From positions 320,001 to 384,000 of the forward strand of contig CAWCFX010000001.1 in assembly GCA_963795085.1 (NCBI GenBank): a stretch of DNA of 64,000 bases, in the 5' to 3' direction. This document shows, piece by piece, positions 1-9,455 of the stretch (within the stretch, counting starts at the first letter, position 1; the number at the start of each line of letters is the position of its first letter). The DNA comes from an uncultured Gemmatimonadales bacterium. GTDB lineage: Bacteria > Gemmatimonadota > Gemmatimonadetes > Gemmatimonadales > GWC2-71-9. The position numbers were made by a program, and so were the translations under genes. The notes below the pieces were generated by a model. It searched no databases, was not told where the DNA came from, and saw only the letters and a list, made by a program, of their open reading frames with translations.

Positions 1-411
1 GACCTCCACGCGCCGCCCCGGGCTCGCACCGGCCGGGCCGAGCGTCCCCGGCCGGGAGACCTGGGTCTTCTGCACCAGCTCGCCCGATCGCATGCGCGGC
101 TGAACCGCCAGCATTTCCAGGGAACGCTGGGCGAGGTTTCCTTTCGGCTCTCCGGACGGATGAAGACACGGCTTGGCGAATACGCCGTCAACGTCCGCAC
201 CGGGGAATCCGTCGCGATTACCATCAGCCGTTCCCATATCCGGAACGATGTCTGGGAAGAGGTGGAACACACGGTGCTCCATGAAATGGTGCACCAGTGG
301 CAGGTGGAGTCAGGCCACCCGCTCGATCACGGACCGGAATTCAGAAGAAAGGCCCTCGAGGTGGGAATCCAGCCCAGCGCCACCCGCCGCCTGAACCGCA
401 AAGCCTCCTGA
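1..411 (+). CDS. SprT-like zinc metalloprotease domain protein (5' truncated by window edge)
   Basis: Frame is open from base 1; LNRQHF...RMKTRLG...HTVLHEMVHQW...HGPEF matches SprT HExxH and HGxxF motifs. Confidence 0.8.
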   Translation, partial: DLHAPPRARTGRAERPRPGDLGLLHQLARSHARLNRQHFQGTLGEVSFRLSGRMKTRLGEYAVNVRTGESVAITISRSHIRNDVWEEVEHTVLHEMVHQWQVESGHPLDHGPEFRRKALEVGIQPSATRRLNRKAS

Positions 412-458
412 CCCACCGAACCAGCGACCCACTGACCCACTGACCCACTGACCCACTG
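411..458. repeat. 8-bp tandem repeat ACCCACTG (4 perfect, 2 degenerate copies)
   Basis: Perfect copies at 427-458; degenerate ACCCACCG and AACCAGCG at 411-426, directly after the stop codon. Confidence 0.9.
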
Positions 459-520
459 TATCCCTCCCGCCCGGCCGTCCGGCCGCCTATTTTGCGGCCT
501 GAATCTCGAAACGAGGCACT

Positions 521-1720
521 ATGGCAACCGCCGCGGCTACCGCCCGCTTCACCGGCGTGGACTTCTACGATTTGGATTCGCTCCTCTCCGAAGAGGAGCG
601 GGCTGTCCGCGACACGGTGCGAGCCTGGGTGGATGAGAACCTGATGCCGGTGATCGGCGAGGCGTATGTCGAAGGCAAGTTCCCGCTCCACCTGGTGCCG
701 GGCATGGCGGAGCTGGGCATGTTCGGCGCCAACCTCCCGGAAGCCTATGGCTGTGCCGGCCTCAACAACGTCGCCTACGGCCTCATCATGCAGGAACTGG
801 AGCGGGGCGACTCGGGGGTCCGGTCGTTTGCCTCAGTGCAGGGCGCCCTGGTGATGTATCCCATCTACGCCTTCGGCTCCGACGAGCAGAAGAAGCACTG
901 GCTCCCCCGGCTGGCCCGCGGCGAGGATATCGGCTGTTTCGGCCTGACCGAGCCTGACTACGGCTCCAACCCCTCCGGCATGATCACCACCGCGCGGGAG
1001 ACCTCCGATGGATGGGTGCTCAACGGCTCCAAGATGTGGATCACCAATGGCTCCCAGGCCAGCGTGGCCGTAGTGTGGGCCAAGACCGGCGATCTCGACG
1101 ACTCGAAGTCCATTCGCGGTTTCATCGTCCCCAAGGAACTCAAGGGATTCACGGCCCGCGACCAGAAGGGCAAGCTCTCACTCCGCGCCTCCGACACCAG
1201 CGAGCTGGTGTTCCAGGACGTGCAGCTTCCCAAGGACGCGATACTCCCCAGGTCCGGCGGTATCAAGAGCCCGCTGATGTGTCTGACCCAGGCCCGCTAC
1301 GGCATCTCCTGGGGTGCCATCGGCGCCGCCATGGCCTGCTACGACGAGGCGCTCCGGTACTCCCAGCACCGGGTCATGTTCGACCGGCCGATCGGGCAGA
1401 CCCAGATTCAGCAGGTGCGCCTTGCCGACATGCTGAGCGAGATTACCAAGGCACAATTGCTGACCCTCCAGCTGGGCCGCCTGAAGGATGCCGACCGGAT
1501 GAAGCCGGAACAGGTCTCCCTCGCCAAGCGCAACAACGTCAACATGGCCACCGAGTGTGCCCGGGAGGCTCGCCGCCTGCTCGGCGCCAACGGCATCCTG
1601 GCCGAGTACCACTCCATGCGCCACATGGCCAACCTCGAATCGGTCTATACCTACGAGGGCACCCACGACATGCATTCGCTGATCCTGGGCCAGGCGGTCA
1701 CCGGGCTGTCCGCGTTCTAG
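521..1720 (+). CDS. Acyl-CoA dehydrogenase, glutaryl-CoA dehydrogenase-like
   Basis: GCFGLTEPDYGS, LNGSKMWITNG, LGANGI, NLESVYTYEGT motifs; RBS GAGG upstream. Confidence 0.92.
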   Translation: MATAAATARFTGVDFYDLDSLLSEEERAVRDTVRAWVDENLMPVIGEAYVEGKFPLHLVPGMAELGMFGANLPEAYGCAGLNNVAYGLIMQELERGDSGVRSFASVQGALVMYPIYAFGSDEQKKHWLPRLARGEDIGCFGLTEPDYGSNPSGMITTARETSDGWVLNGSKMWITNGSQASVAVVWAKTGDLDDSKSIRGFIVPKELKGFTARDQKGKLSLRASDTSELVFQDVQLPKDAILPRSGGIKSPLMCLTQARYGISWGAIGAAMACYDEALRYSQHRVMFDRPIGQTQIQQVRLADMLSEITKAQLLTLQLGRLKDADRMKPEQVSLAKRNNVNMATECAREARRLLGANGILAEYHSMRHMANLESVYTYEGTHDMHSLILGQAVTGLSAF

Positions 1721-1856
1721 ACGCACGCCGGCTCGGCCTTCTCCCCCGGGTGCACCGCCCGGCCGCAGGCCTACCTATGCCCGCTCTCCACAACTAGTTT
1801 TGCTCCGAGCAGCCCTCTCCGGGCTATTTCGCCACGCTTGACACGAGGTAAGTCGT

Positions 1857-2607
1857 TTGAAAATAGCCGTTTGCCTCAAGCGGGTCCCCGATACCACCGC
1901 CAAGATCTCCATTGCCTCCGATGGGAAGTCCATTGACGAAGCGGGGATCAAGTTCGTCCCCAATCCCTATGATGAATTTGCGGTGGAGGAGGCGATCAAG
2001 CTCAAGGAAACCGCCGGGAGCGGGGAGACCACGGTGATCGGCCTGGGGAGCGAAGCCACCGCCGAAACCCTGCGGACCGCGCTCGCCATGGGGGTGGACA
2101 AGGCGGTGCTGCTGCAGTCGGCCGGCTCGGCCGACGGCTTTGAGGTCGCCCGGGCGCTGGCTGCGGAACTCCAGGCCGGTGGCTACGACCTGATATTCTT
2201 CGGCAAGATGGCGGTGGACGATTACAACCACCAGGTTGGGCCGATGGTGGCAGAGCTTCTCGAGCTCCCCTGCATCACGACGGTCGCGCACCTGCGGATC
2301 GAAGACGGAACGGTCCACGCCGAGCGCGAAATCGAAGGCGGCATGGAAGTCGTCAGTTGTTCATTGCCCGCCGTGCTGACCTGCGACAAGGGTCTGAACA
2401 ATCCCCGGCTGCCGTCGCTCAAGGGAATCATGGCCGCCAAGAAGAAACCGATGGAGACCAGGCCGGTCACCCTCGGCGCAGGCACGCTCGAAGTCGTCGG
2501 GCTGGCGCTGCCGCCGGAGCGCGCCGCAGGCAAGATCGTCGGCGAAGGGGTGGACGCGGTACGCCGCCCTGGTCAACCTGCTCCGCACCGAAGCGAAGGT
2601 GCTCTGA
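1857..2607 (+). CDS. etfB: Electron transfer flavoprotein beta subunit (apparent frameshift near 2562)
   Basis: KIAVCLKRVPDT, NPYDEFAVEEA, PRLPSLKGIMAAKKKP; the natural C-terminus ALVNLLRTEAKVL* lies in the +1 frame and ends at TGA 2605-2607. Confidence 0.88.
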
Positions 2608-3578
2608 TGGCCGCCATTCTCGCCGTCACCGAACAGCGTTCCGGAAGTCTTCGGAAAGCGTCGCAGGAAGTCGTCAGCGCGGCCCGGGCCATCGCCGACC
2701 AGATGGGCGCCAGCGTGGATGCCCTGGTGCTCTCGAACGGAAATGCTGCCGGCGCCGGGGAACTGGGCGGTGTCGGCGCGGACCGCGTCCTGACCGCCAG
2801 CCACGCCGACTTCACGCTCTACAACCCCGATGGCTACGCCGCTACGATCGCGTCCATCGCGGGGCAGTACCAGGCCATCGTGTTCACCGCCACCGCCACC
2901 GGGCGTGACCTGGCGCCCCGGGTCGCGGGCCGCCTGAAACAGGGCCTGGCGACCGATGTCACCGCGATCGCCGTCGAGGGCGGCAAACTGGTGGTGACCC
3001 GGCCGGTGTACGCCGGCAAGGCGCTGCAGAAGCTGCGGCTCAACGGCAGCCCGGCGATTCTCTCGATCCGCCCCAACACCTTTCCAGTGACGCCGAGCAC
3101 CAAGGCCGGGGCGGCCGAGTCGGTCGCGGTCCCGGCGTTCACCGCCCGGGTGATGGTCGAGGAGATCAAGGCGGCGGCGGCGGCGACCCTCGATGTCGCC
3201 GAGGCGGCGGTGGTCGTGTCAGGCGGGCGGGGGCTCAAGGAACCGGCCAACTTCAAGCTGCTGGAGGATCTCGCCGCGGCCTTCGGCAACGCGGCGGTCG
3301 GCGCCAGCCGGGCGGTGGTCGATGCCGGGTGGAGGGAGCACGGCGCCCAGGTGGGTCAGACCGGCAAGACGGTGAGCCCCGGGCTCTACATCGCCGTCGG
3401 CATCTCCGGAGCGATCCAGCACCTGGCGGGGATGCGCACTGCCAAGGTGATCGTCGCCATCAACAAGGACAAGGACGCGCCCATCTTCAAGGTGGCGGAT
3501 TACGGGCTGGTGGGCGACCTGTTCGAGATCGTGCCGAAATTGACCGAAGAGGTCAAGAAGCTCCGGGCCGAGCACTGA
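2607..3578 (+). CDS. etfA: Electron transfer flavoprotein alpha subunit
   Basis: [42 protein letters not shown] overlaps the etfB TGA (TGATG). Confidence 0.95.
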   Translation: MAAILAVTEQRSGSLRKASQEVVSAARAIADQMGASVDALVLSNGNAAGAGELGGVGADRVLTASHADFTLYNPDGYAATIASIAGQYQAIVFTATATGRDLAPRVAGRLKQGLATDVTAIAVEGGKLVVTRPVYAGKALQKLRLNGSPAILSIRPNTFPVTPSTKAGAAESVAVPAFTARVMVEEIKAAAAATLDVAEAAVVVSGGRGLKEPANFKLLEDLAAAFGNAAVGASRAVVDAGWREHGAQVGQTGKTVSPGLYIAVGISGAIQHLAGMRTAKVIVAINKDKDAPIFKVADYGLVGDLFEIVPKLTEEVKKLRAEH

Positions 3579-3589
3579 CCGTTCCCCCG

Positions 3590-4441
3590 ATGCTTCCGGG
3601 CCTGGTCGAGGACAGCCGCCGCCTCGCGGCGCTTACCCTGATGGAGGATGGGGGACGGGACCTGACGACCGACGTCACGGTCCCGTCGGCGTCTCCGGCC
3701 ACGGGCCGGCTCGAGTTCCGCTCTCCCGGCGTGCTGGCCGGCACCGTCTATGCTGATGCGGTGGCGACCGCCTGTAACTGCCGGATCGAGTGGAGCCAGC
3801 GCGAGGGAGACCGCCTTCGGGGGGGGGGAACCGTCGGGATGCTCTCCGGCGACCTGGCGCTTGTCCTTCGCGCCGAACGGCCCGTCCTGAACCTGCTCCA
3901 GCGTGCCAGCGGGATCGCGGCGCTGACCCGTCAGTTCGTGGACCTCATGGAGGGTACCCGCTGCCGGGTGCTGCATACCAGGAAGACCGCGCCGGGCCTC
4001 CGTACCTTCGACCTCAACGCCGTGCTGGCCGGCGGCGGGTCGCTGCATCGCACCGACCTGGCCGACGTGGTCATGGTCAAGGACAACCACTGGAAGGCCC
4101 TGGTCCGGCAGGGCCGTTCCCTGGCGGAGGCGGCGGAGGCGGCCCGGAGCCGGGGTGCCGCGCGGATCTATGTCGAGGTGGAGCTGGAACACCAGGTGAG
4201 GCTGGCGTGCGGTGCCGGTGCGGACCGGTTGCTGGTGGACAATCAAACGCCGGAAATGGTGCGGAACTGGGGCGACCTGGCCCGTTCCCTCCACCCCGGT
4301 ATCGAGATCGAAGCTACTGGCGGGATTTCCCTTGCCACTGCGCGATCCTACGCCGAGGCTGGGGCGGATTTTGTTTCAATCGGTGCGCTGACCCACAGTG
4401 TCGTTGCGGCCGACATCTCGCTCGAGATTGCGCCGGAGTAA
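3590..4441 (+). CDS. nadC: Nicotinate-nucleotide diphosphorylase (carboxylating)
   Basis: EDxGxDLTT, AERPVLNLLQRASGIA, TRKT, KDNH, EATGGI, SIGALTHS. Confidence 0.93.
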   Translation: MLPGLVEDSRRLAALTLMEDGGRDLTTDVTVPSASPATGRLEFRSPGVLAGTVYADAVATACNCRIEWSQREGDRLRGGGTVGMLSGDLALVLRAERPVLNLLQRASGIAALTRQFVDLMEGTRCRVLHTRKTAPGLRTFDLNAVLAGGGSLHRTDLADVVMVKDNHWKALVRQGRSLAEAAEAARSRGAARIYVEVELEHQVRLACGAGADRLLVDNQTPEMVRNWGDLARSLHPGIEIEATGGISLATARSYAEAGADFVSIGALTHSVVAADISLEIAPE

Positions 4442-4453
4442 CGGCACCACGAC

Positions 4454-5590
4454 TCATCTCGAGCATTTCGGGCTACCCTCCATCCACCCCGGTGGGGTGC
4501 TTTCCCCCACGGCCATGCCGCAGAGCATTGGTTGGGTCTGATGGACCAGGACGCCGACCCACCCTCGCTTATCTGCCGCCATCAGGTGGAGACTGGCTCC
4601 TTCCGCAGTTTCCCACGTCAGAACTGAGGCATTGCCCGCGTAGGACCCATTATCCCCATAGTACATCTCCTGGGCCATCACGAGGTTCCGGATTGCGGTC
4701 GCTAGGGTTTCTCTGACACTACCCTCTACCGCGGGCTCCGACCTCAATGGAGCCGTACGCTCACCTGCCGTCACCACCCGTTCGGTTTCTCTTTCCTCGA
4801 ACCGGTACAACTGAATATGCTCGACATCGTTCTCCCCCCAGTGTCGAAGCAGAATGAAATCACGGCCGACTTGATGAATCTCGGTGCCGTCCGGTATGAC
4901 GATGCGCCCCATGGGTACACCGCTGGACGAAAAGATCTCCCACGGCCGGGAATCACCTGGGGTGGAGGTGCGCTCCTGAGACCAGATCCTGCCGTCCGTT
5001 GCGATCTGCACGTACCGGTATGATCCGGCGGAAAGAGAGGGAAGTGCATCCAGCGCCGTGCCGACTCCAGCACGCAGCGATGTATCCACCGGTCCGGCCA
5101 CCCAGGCATTTCGATGCAGCCAGACCCAGAGCGGGAAATCACTGACCCCCTGGGAGGTGACTCGGGATTCGCCCACCGGCGAGCCAGAGGTGTCGAACAC
5201 CGAGAGTCGGAGATTCCCCTGATCGAACACCGCGAATGTGCCGTCAGCCATCCCCACCACCTGCATCGACCCGGCAAATTCTCCCGGCCCTTCGCCCCTC
5301 CTGCTGATGGTTCGGGTGAACTGCCCGATGCTGTCGAAGACCCGAAGTTCGTTCGTGGCCGAGTTGGCGATGACGATTCTTCCATCGGCGAGCCGGACCG
5401 AGCCGGAAGCACCAGCCAGCTCGTAGCCCTCGTCGCCCTCGGCAACACCAATATCCACAGCGGGGCGATCGCCTAGCCGCCAGTCAGGAACCTGGGGTAC
5501 CGCACTTCCTGGTTGAGGTACGTTCTCCCCGCATCCGAAGAGCAGGAGACTACCGGCCAAGACGGGAGCCCACCTGGTCGTCTGTCTCAT
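4454..5590 (-). CDS. Lipoprotein with beta-propeller-like repeats and C-terminal type IV pilin-like domain
   Basis: Lipobox LLFGC; NHL/6-bladed propeller-like segment DGRIVIAN...LRVFDSIGQF...RRGEGPGEF; C-terminal IRNLVMAQEMYY...C...C. Confidence 0.75.
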   Translation of the reverse strand: MRQTTRWAPVLAGSLLLFGCGENVPQPGSAVPQVPDWRLGDRPAVDIGVAEGDEGYELAGASGSVRLADGRIVIANSATNELRVFDSIGQFTRTISRRGEGPGEFAGSMQVVGMADGTFAVFDQGNLRLSVFDTSGSPVGESRVTSQGVSDFPLWVWLHRNAWVAGPVDTSLRAGVGTALDALPSLSAGSYRYVQIATDGRIWSQERTSTPGDSRPWEIFSSSGVPMGRIVIPDGTEIHQVGRDFILLRHWGENDVEHIQLYRFEERETERVVTAGERTAPLRSEPAVEGSVRETLATAIRNLVMAQEMYYGDNGSYAGNASVLTWETAEGASLHLMAADKRGWVGVLVHQTQPMLCGMAVGESTPPGWMEGSPKCSR

Positions 5591-5619
5591 GATCCTGACG
5601 CTTGCTTGAAGAGTAGTAT

Positions 5620-6729
5620 TCAACTAACCGTCCGGCGGGTGGAATAGACGACCGCGATACCCAGCAGCAGCACCGTAAGCCCCGCAATCCGAACAACCGA
5701 GCGCCGTTCAGGCAGCGGCCCCGGCCGCAGCGTGCCGCGACGCCCTACCGCCCACTGGTGGGTCCATTCTCCCAGCTCTTTCCCTGTGGCATCCTTGAAG
5801 GCCTGATCAAAGGGCAGTGTCGAGCGCCAGAACTTCCCGAACGCCGCCGGTCCCAGGGTCTCATGCAGGTCCGCGAGATAGGATCCGGAGAGGGCGCCAA
5901 ATGGTGCCCGCCATGGCAGTGATGGCGCGCGAAACCCCGGTCGCATCGGGCGAACGGCGCTATCAGCGGGATGCACCGCGGATGCACACTCTTCGACCCG
6001 GCCATTCACGCATTGCACCCCGAGGGGCATGGTCCCGTACACCGCCCATTCCATTTCGAAGAAAAGGGGATACTCGATTTCCACAGGACTGTCGATGGGG
6101 CGTGTCCGCGAAGCGGGGTTGAAGTAGGTCGCAAAGTCGATACCGCGCCCACCCAGCCATCGCTCGATGTCAGGCCCCGGCCTCCCGTACATTCCAAAGA
6201 AAAGACAGGGCCCCAACTCACGTGCGAATCGCCGTTGCTCCACCTGCTCGGGCCCATGGTGCAGACTCCGCCAGGAAAAGGTGGTAACCATGGTGAGGCA
6301 GCTGTGCCCGTCCGTGACCGCCGGCAGCAGGTACTGAGTCTGCCAGAGCATGTCTGCACTATCCCCTCCCAGCACGATGCCGATGGCCATCGAGTCGTGA
6401 GATTCCACCAGGGGCCACCAGCGCAGCAGGGCTTCGGAATATCGGGCTCGCTCAGCCGGGGTGGCCGCTCCGACCGCGATTACCCTGGGTCTTCCCGGCG
6501 GAAGGGGGTGCTGTCGGATCTCGGCAATCACCGCATCGTTCAGGTGAGCGCTTCTCAGGCTTGCCCGGGCCCGTTCCAGTTGGCTGGTGAGGCGCTCGAG
6601 CCTGGATGGCTCGCGGGGCACGAATCGCCGGCTCAAGGGATCCTGAGGGGGAGGCGGCAGGAGCGACACGGCCACGACTCCCGAGATCAGGGCCGTCGCG
6701 GCCAGCCAGCGGGAAAAGGTCAGCGCCAT
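5620..6729 (-). CDS. Membrane-anchored hypothetical protein (ABC module accessory)
   Basis: ATG 6729 with AGGAG RBS; N- and C-terminal hydrophobic helices, coiled coil, CxxGxxxxC motif; the real gene is the 3' part of track ORF 5620..7830. Confidence 0.75.
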   Translation of the reverse strand: MALTFSRWLAATALISGVVAVSLLPPPPQDPLSRRFVPREPSRLERLTSQLERARASLRSAHLNDAVIAEIRQHPLPPGRPRVIAVGAATPAERARYSEALLRWWPLVESHDSMAIGIVLGGDSADMLWQTQYLLPAVTDGHSCLTMVTTFSWRSLHHGPEQVEQRRFARELGPCLFFGMYGRPGPDIERWLGGRGIDFATYFNPASRTRPIDSPVEIEYPLFFEMEWAVYGTMPLGVQCVNGRVEECASAVHPADSAVRPMRPGFRAPSLPWRAPFGALSGSYLADLHETLGPAAFGKFWRSTLPFDQAFKDATGKELGEWTHQWAVGRRGTLRPGPLPERRSVVRIAGLTVLLLGIAVVYSTRRTVS

Positions 6730-7844
6730 CGTGAGCTCCTGAGGCCGAAAGACAGGAGGATCACCGACCATGCGACAGCAGCGAAGGCCTGCCCGCCGCG
6801 CATCGTGGTTGGCGGTGGCCGGGCCGCGATCACCCGCTGGTGCCAGTCGGCAAGCACCTGTTCCCTCGCCAGGCCGGATGACCGGCGGAAACGTGCCTCC
6901 ATGGGTTGACCGGCCGAACTCAGCAGAACGGGGTAGGACCCGGGTCCACCATGCTCCAGCACCACCCGGAGAAAGGTCGTGCGCGTAGGCGGGAGCAATG
7001 AGCTCGGAATAAGATCCGGAACACCCCGGAGCAGGGCGAGGCAATCCTGGTCCGAACCTTCCACACATCGGTCGTACGACTGGCGGGACTCTCCCGGCTG
7101 AAGAAAGGCACTGAGTTGAACCACCAGCTGTCTCCGGCCGGCCGGGCTGTACCATTCGGCCGCCGGATCGGCGGGTCGGGCGAGGGCCAGCGCTTCCCCG
7201 CAGGCCCGCGAGTCCGTCAGACACCGCTGCGCCACCGGCGCGGCCGAGGTAGCCAGGTCCAGGTAGGCGGCCGCAAAGGCGCCGCTCAGGTCGGTGGTGA
7301 TCGGGGGTGGTGACTTCATCCAGTCGCGAAGCGCCTGGTCCTGGTGGAGCCACAGGTCCTGGCTGACCTGGGCAAGCAGGCTGATGGCCAACCCGCGAAC
7401 CGGATCCTCCTCCGTCGCGAACACCAGCCTGGTGTGCGGAGGAAACCAGACGCGCCCCGGGGGAGAGTCCGTTGGTGGCTTCGGCAACACCGAGATCGGA
7501 TACTGGCGAAGAATGGCGGCAACGCTGTCCTGGTATGTCAACGACAGGACATCCCATGCCATCCGGCCCCCTTGCTCCACCGTTTCCCCGAGCTCGGCGA
7601 TCGTCAGTAACTCGAGCCCGCCTGAGCGGACCCGGATGAACCTCGCCATGGCTCGGTCCGCTTCGAGCGCGCGGAGCGAGTCCTCCTCCCGCCGCGCCTG
7701 TGCGACCTCGCCCTCCAGCCGCCGAACCCGCGCTTCCAATTCCCCGGCGGACTGGCCCTGAAGCGTAGCCGGGAGAATCACCAGTGCAGCCAGGAGCAAT
7801 ACCCTGCACCCTGCACGCTGCACGCTGCACCGTTTCTCAGACAT
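6720..7844 (-). CDS. Exported protein with C-terminal membrane anchor (ABC module accessory)
   Basis: Signal-peptide-like VLLLAALVILPATLQGQ, coiled coil, Cys pairs, C-terminal TM helix; overlaps both flanking genes. Confidence 0.75.
   Translation of the reverse strand: MSEKRCSVQRAGCRVLLLAALVILPATLQGQSAGELEARVRRLEGEVAQARREEDSLRALEADRAMARFIRVRSGGLELLTIAELGETVEQGGRMAWDVLSLTYQDSVAAILRQYPISVLPKPPTDSPPGRVWFPPHTRLVFATEEDPVRGLAISLLAQVSQDLWLHQDQALRDWMKSPPPITTDLSGAFAAAYLDLATSAAPVAQRCLTDSRACGEALALARPADPAAEWYSPAGRRQLVVQLSAFLQPGESRQSYDRCVEGSDQDCLALLRGVPDLIPSSLLPPTRTTFLRVVLEHGGPGSYPVLLSSAGQPMEARFRRSSGLAREQVLADWHQRVIAARPPPTTMRGGQAFAAVAWSVILLSFGLRSSRWR
7804..7831. repeat. 7-bp tandem repeat CTGCAC(C/G) x4 in the 5' end of the 6720..7844 gene
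   Basis: ctgcacc ctgcacg ctgcacg ctgcacc. Confidence 0.85.
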
Positions 7845-8520
7845 CGATCAGCATCCAGCGGCCGGTGAAGATCTCGAACGGACCCGGCCACACGAAGAGA
7901 CTGTTGGTGATGGGACTCAGGATGTCGATCTCAATTCCGGCCGCGCCGAGCAGCAGGTGGACCGCGACGATGGCGGCCCCGATGCCGAGCACGATTCCGG
8001 CTGTTTTTGGTGTTCCGGCGGAGATGGCGAACAAGGCGGTGTAGGAGAGAACCGCTGCCAGAGAGAAGCGGAGCGCCAGCGACCCGGCATATCCATTCAA
8101 CCCGACCGGGATTCCACTCGTGCCGGTGGCCAGCATTCCGCCTATCCAGAGCGCGATAATTGGGGGAGCGATCAGGAGCAGTCCAGCCAGGTAACGCAGC
8201 CAGACGTAGCGCCACCGCTCAATCGGCAGAGAGAGCGCGTACACATGCCTTCCCCGGTGATCGGAGCTCCAGGCCGTCAGGCTCAACAACACCCCGATCG
8301 TCGCGGCGAGAATAGGATACCCAATGCCGAACGCCTGGAGCCTGAACACCACCTCGTAGTTGCTGTGGGCCTGTCCGATGCTTTGCACGGAGAGCGCGGG
8401 AACCGCAAATGCCGCCGCGGTCAACAGCAGCAGGAACATCCGGGCCCACTTCCACTGGGTATAGAGGATCTGGGCAAACACCGTGGACTGCTTCCCTGGA
8501 ACCATCGGAATCGTGGTCAT
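7837..8520 (-). CDS. ABC transporter permease-like membrane protein
   Basis: About six hydrophobic segments; YALSLPIERW resembles the ABC-2 permease LSLPxxR motif; coupled to the ATPase gene. Confidence 0.75.
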   Translation of the reverse strand: MTTIPMVPGKQSTVFAQILYTQWKWARMFLLLLTAAAFAVPALSVQSIGQAHSNYEVVFRLQAFGIGYPILAATIGVLLSLTAWSSDHRGRHVYALSLPIERWRYVWLRYLAGLLLIAPPIIALWIGGMLATGTSGIPVGLNGYAGSLALRFSLAAVLSYTALFAISAGTPKTAGIVLGIGAAIVAVHLLLGAAGIEIDILSPITNSLFVWPGPFEIFTGRWMLIDV

Positions 8521-9455
8521 ACGCCCGCCCTGGCCCCAACCGGAGCCGGAGAACGGGGCAGGGTGGAGCTGGTCCGTGCCGTGCGCAGCAGTTCCACGAA
8601 GGCTTCCTCCAGGTCGAGATCAATGATTTCCCGCAACATCCCGCCCTGCCGGGCGAAGTAGGATCCCATGTCTGCCTCCCACCCCCGAACCGACCAGGTT
8701 TCCCCCCCTCCCTGGCGCGACTCGCGCCCGAGGACAGTGAACGGAGCATCCACATGACTCTCTGGTGGGTTGGTGACTACTACCCGCTTGATGCCGTTCT
8801 TGAACATCAGCATCGGCAATTCGGTAATCAGATGACCCCGGTCCAGCACCCCGACCCAGTCGCAGACCCGCTCCAGCTCGTGTACCAGGTGGCTGGAGAT
8901 GAAGACAGTCGCCCCCCGATCGGAGACGTAGTCGAGCAGGGCGCTGAGCAACTCCCGGCGTACCACCGGGTCGAGGCCATCGGTCGGCTCGTCGAGCACC
9001 AGGAGCTCCGGCTGCTGTGCCAGTGCCAAGGTGATCATCAGCTTTCCCATCTCGCCTTTGGAGAGACTGCGGATTCCCCGACTTCCCTCCAGTCCAAAAC
9101 GGTGCAGCAGGTCGCTGGCCCAGGTTCCATCCCAGGTGGGATAGAAAGCGGCGTGAAAGCGCACCGACTCATCCACCGTGAGACTGAAATGCAGGTGCGG
9201 GCGCTCCGGCACATATCCGATTCTGCCCAGCGCATAACGAACTCGGCGAGGGATGGCCTCACCGAGCACGGTCATGTTTCCACTGGCTGGACGGAGCAGC
9301 CCGAGGAGCAGGCGGATCGTCGTTGTCTTGCCGGAGCCATTGGGACCAAGGAAACCATAGACGGCACCGGACCTGACCTGGATGGTGAGGTTCTCCAGGG
9401 CAAAGGATTTTCCCGGCCGGTAGCTCAGGTCCTTCGTTTCGATGGCATTAGTCAT
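8517..9455 (-). CDS. ABC transporter ATP-binding protein (YtrB-like)
   Basis: Walker A GPNGSGKTT, signature LSKGE, Walker B LLVLDEP, SSH switch. Confidence 0.95.
   Translation of the reverse strand: MTNAIETKDLSYRPGKSFALENLTIQVRSGAVYGFLGPNGSGKTTTIRLLLGLLRPASGNMTVLGEAIPRRVRYALGRIGYVPERPHLHFSLTVDESVRFHAAFYPTWDGTWASDLLHRFGLEGSRGIRSLSKGEMGKLMITLALAQQPELLVLDEPTDGLDPVVRRELLSALLDYVSDRGATVFISSHLVHELERVCDWVGVLDRGHLITELPMLMFKNGIKRVVVTNPPESHVDAPFTVLGRESRQGGGETWSVRGWEADMGSYFARQGGMLREIIDLDLEEAFVELLRTARTSSTLPRSPAPVGARAGV

Noticed and set aside
6730..7830. N-terminal half of the 736-aa track ORF 5620..7830
   Set aside because: It overlaps the better 6720..7844 gene in another frame, has shadow-ORF composition, and the real start at 6729 has an RBS.
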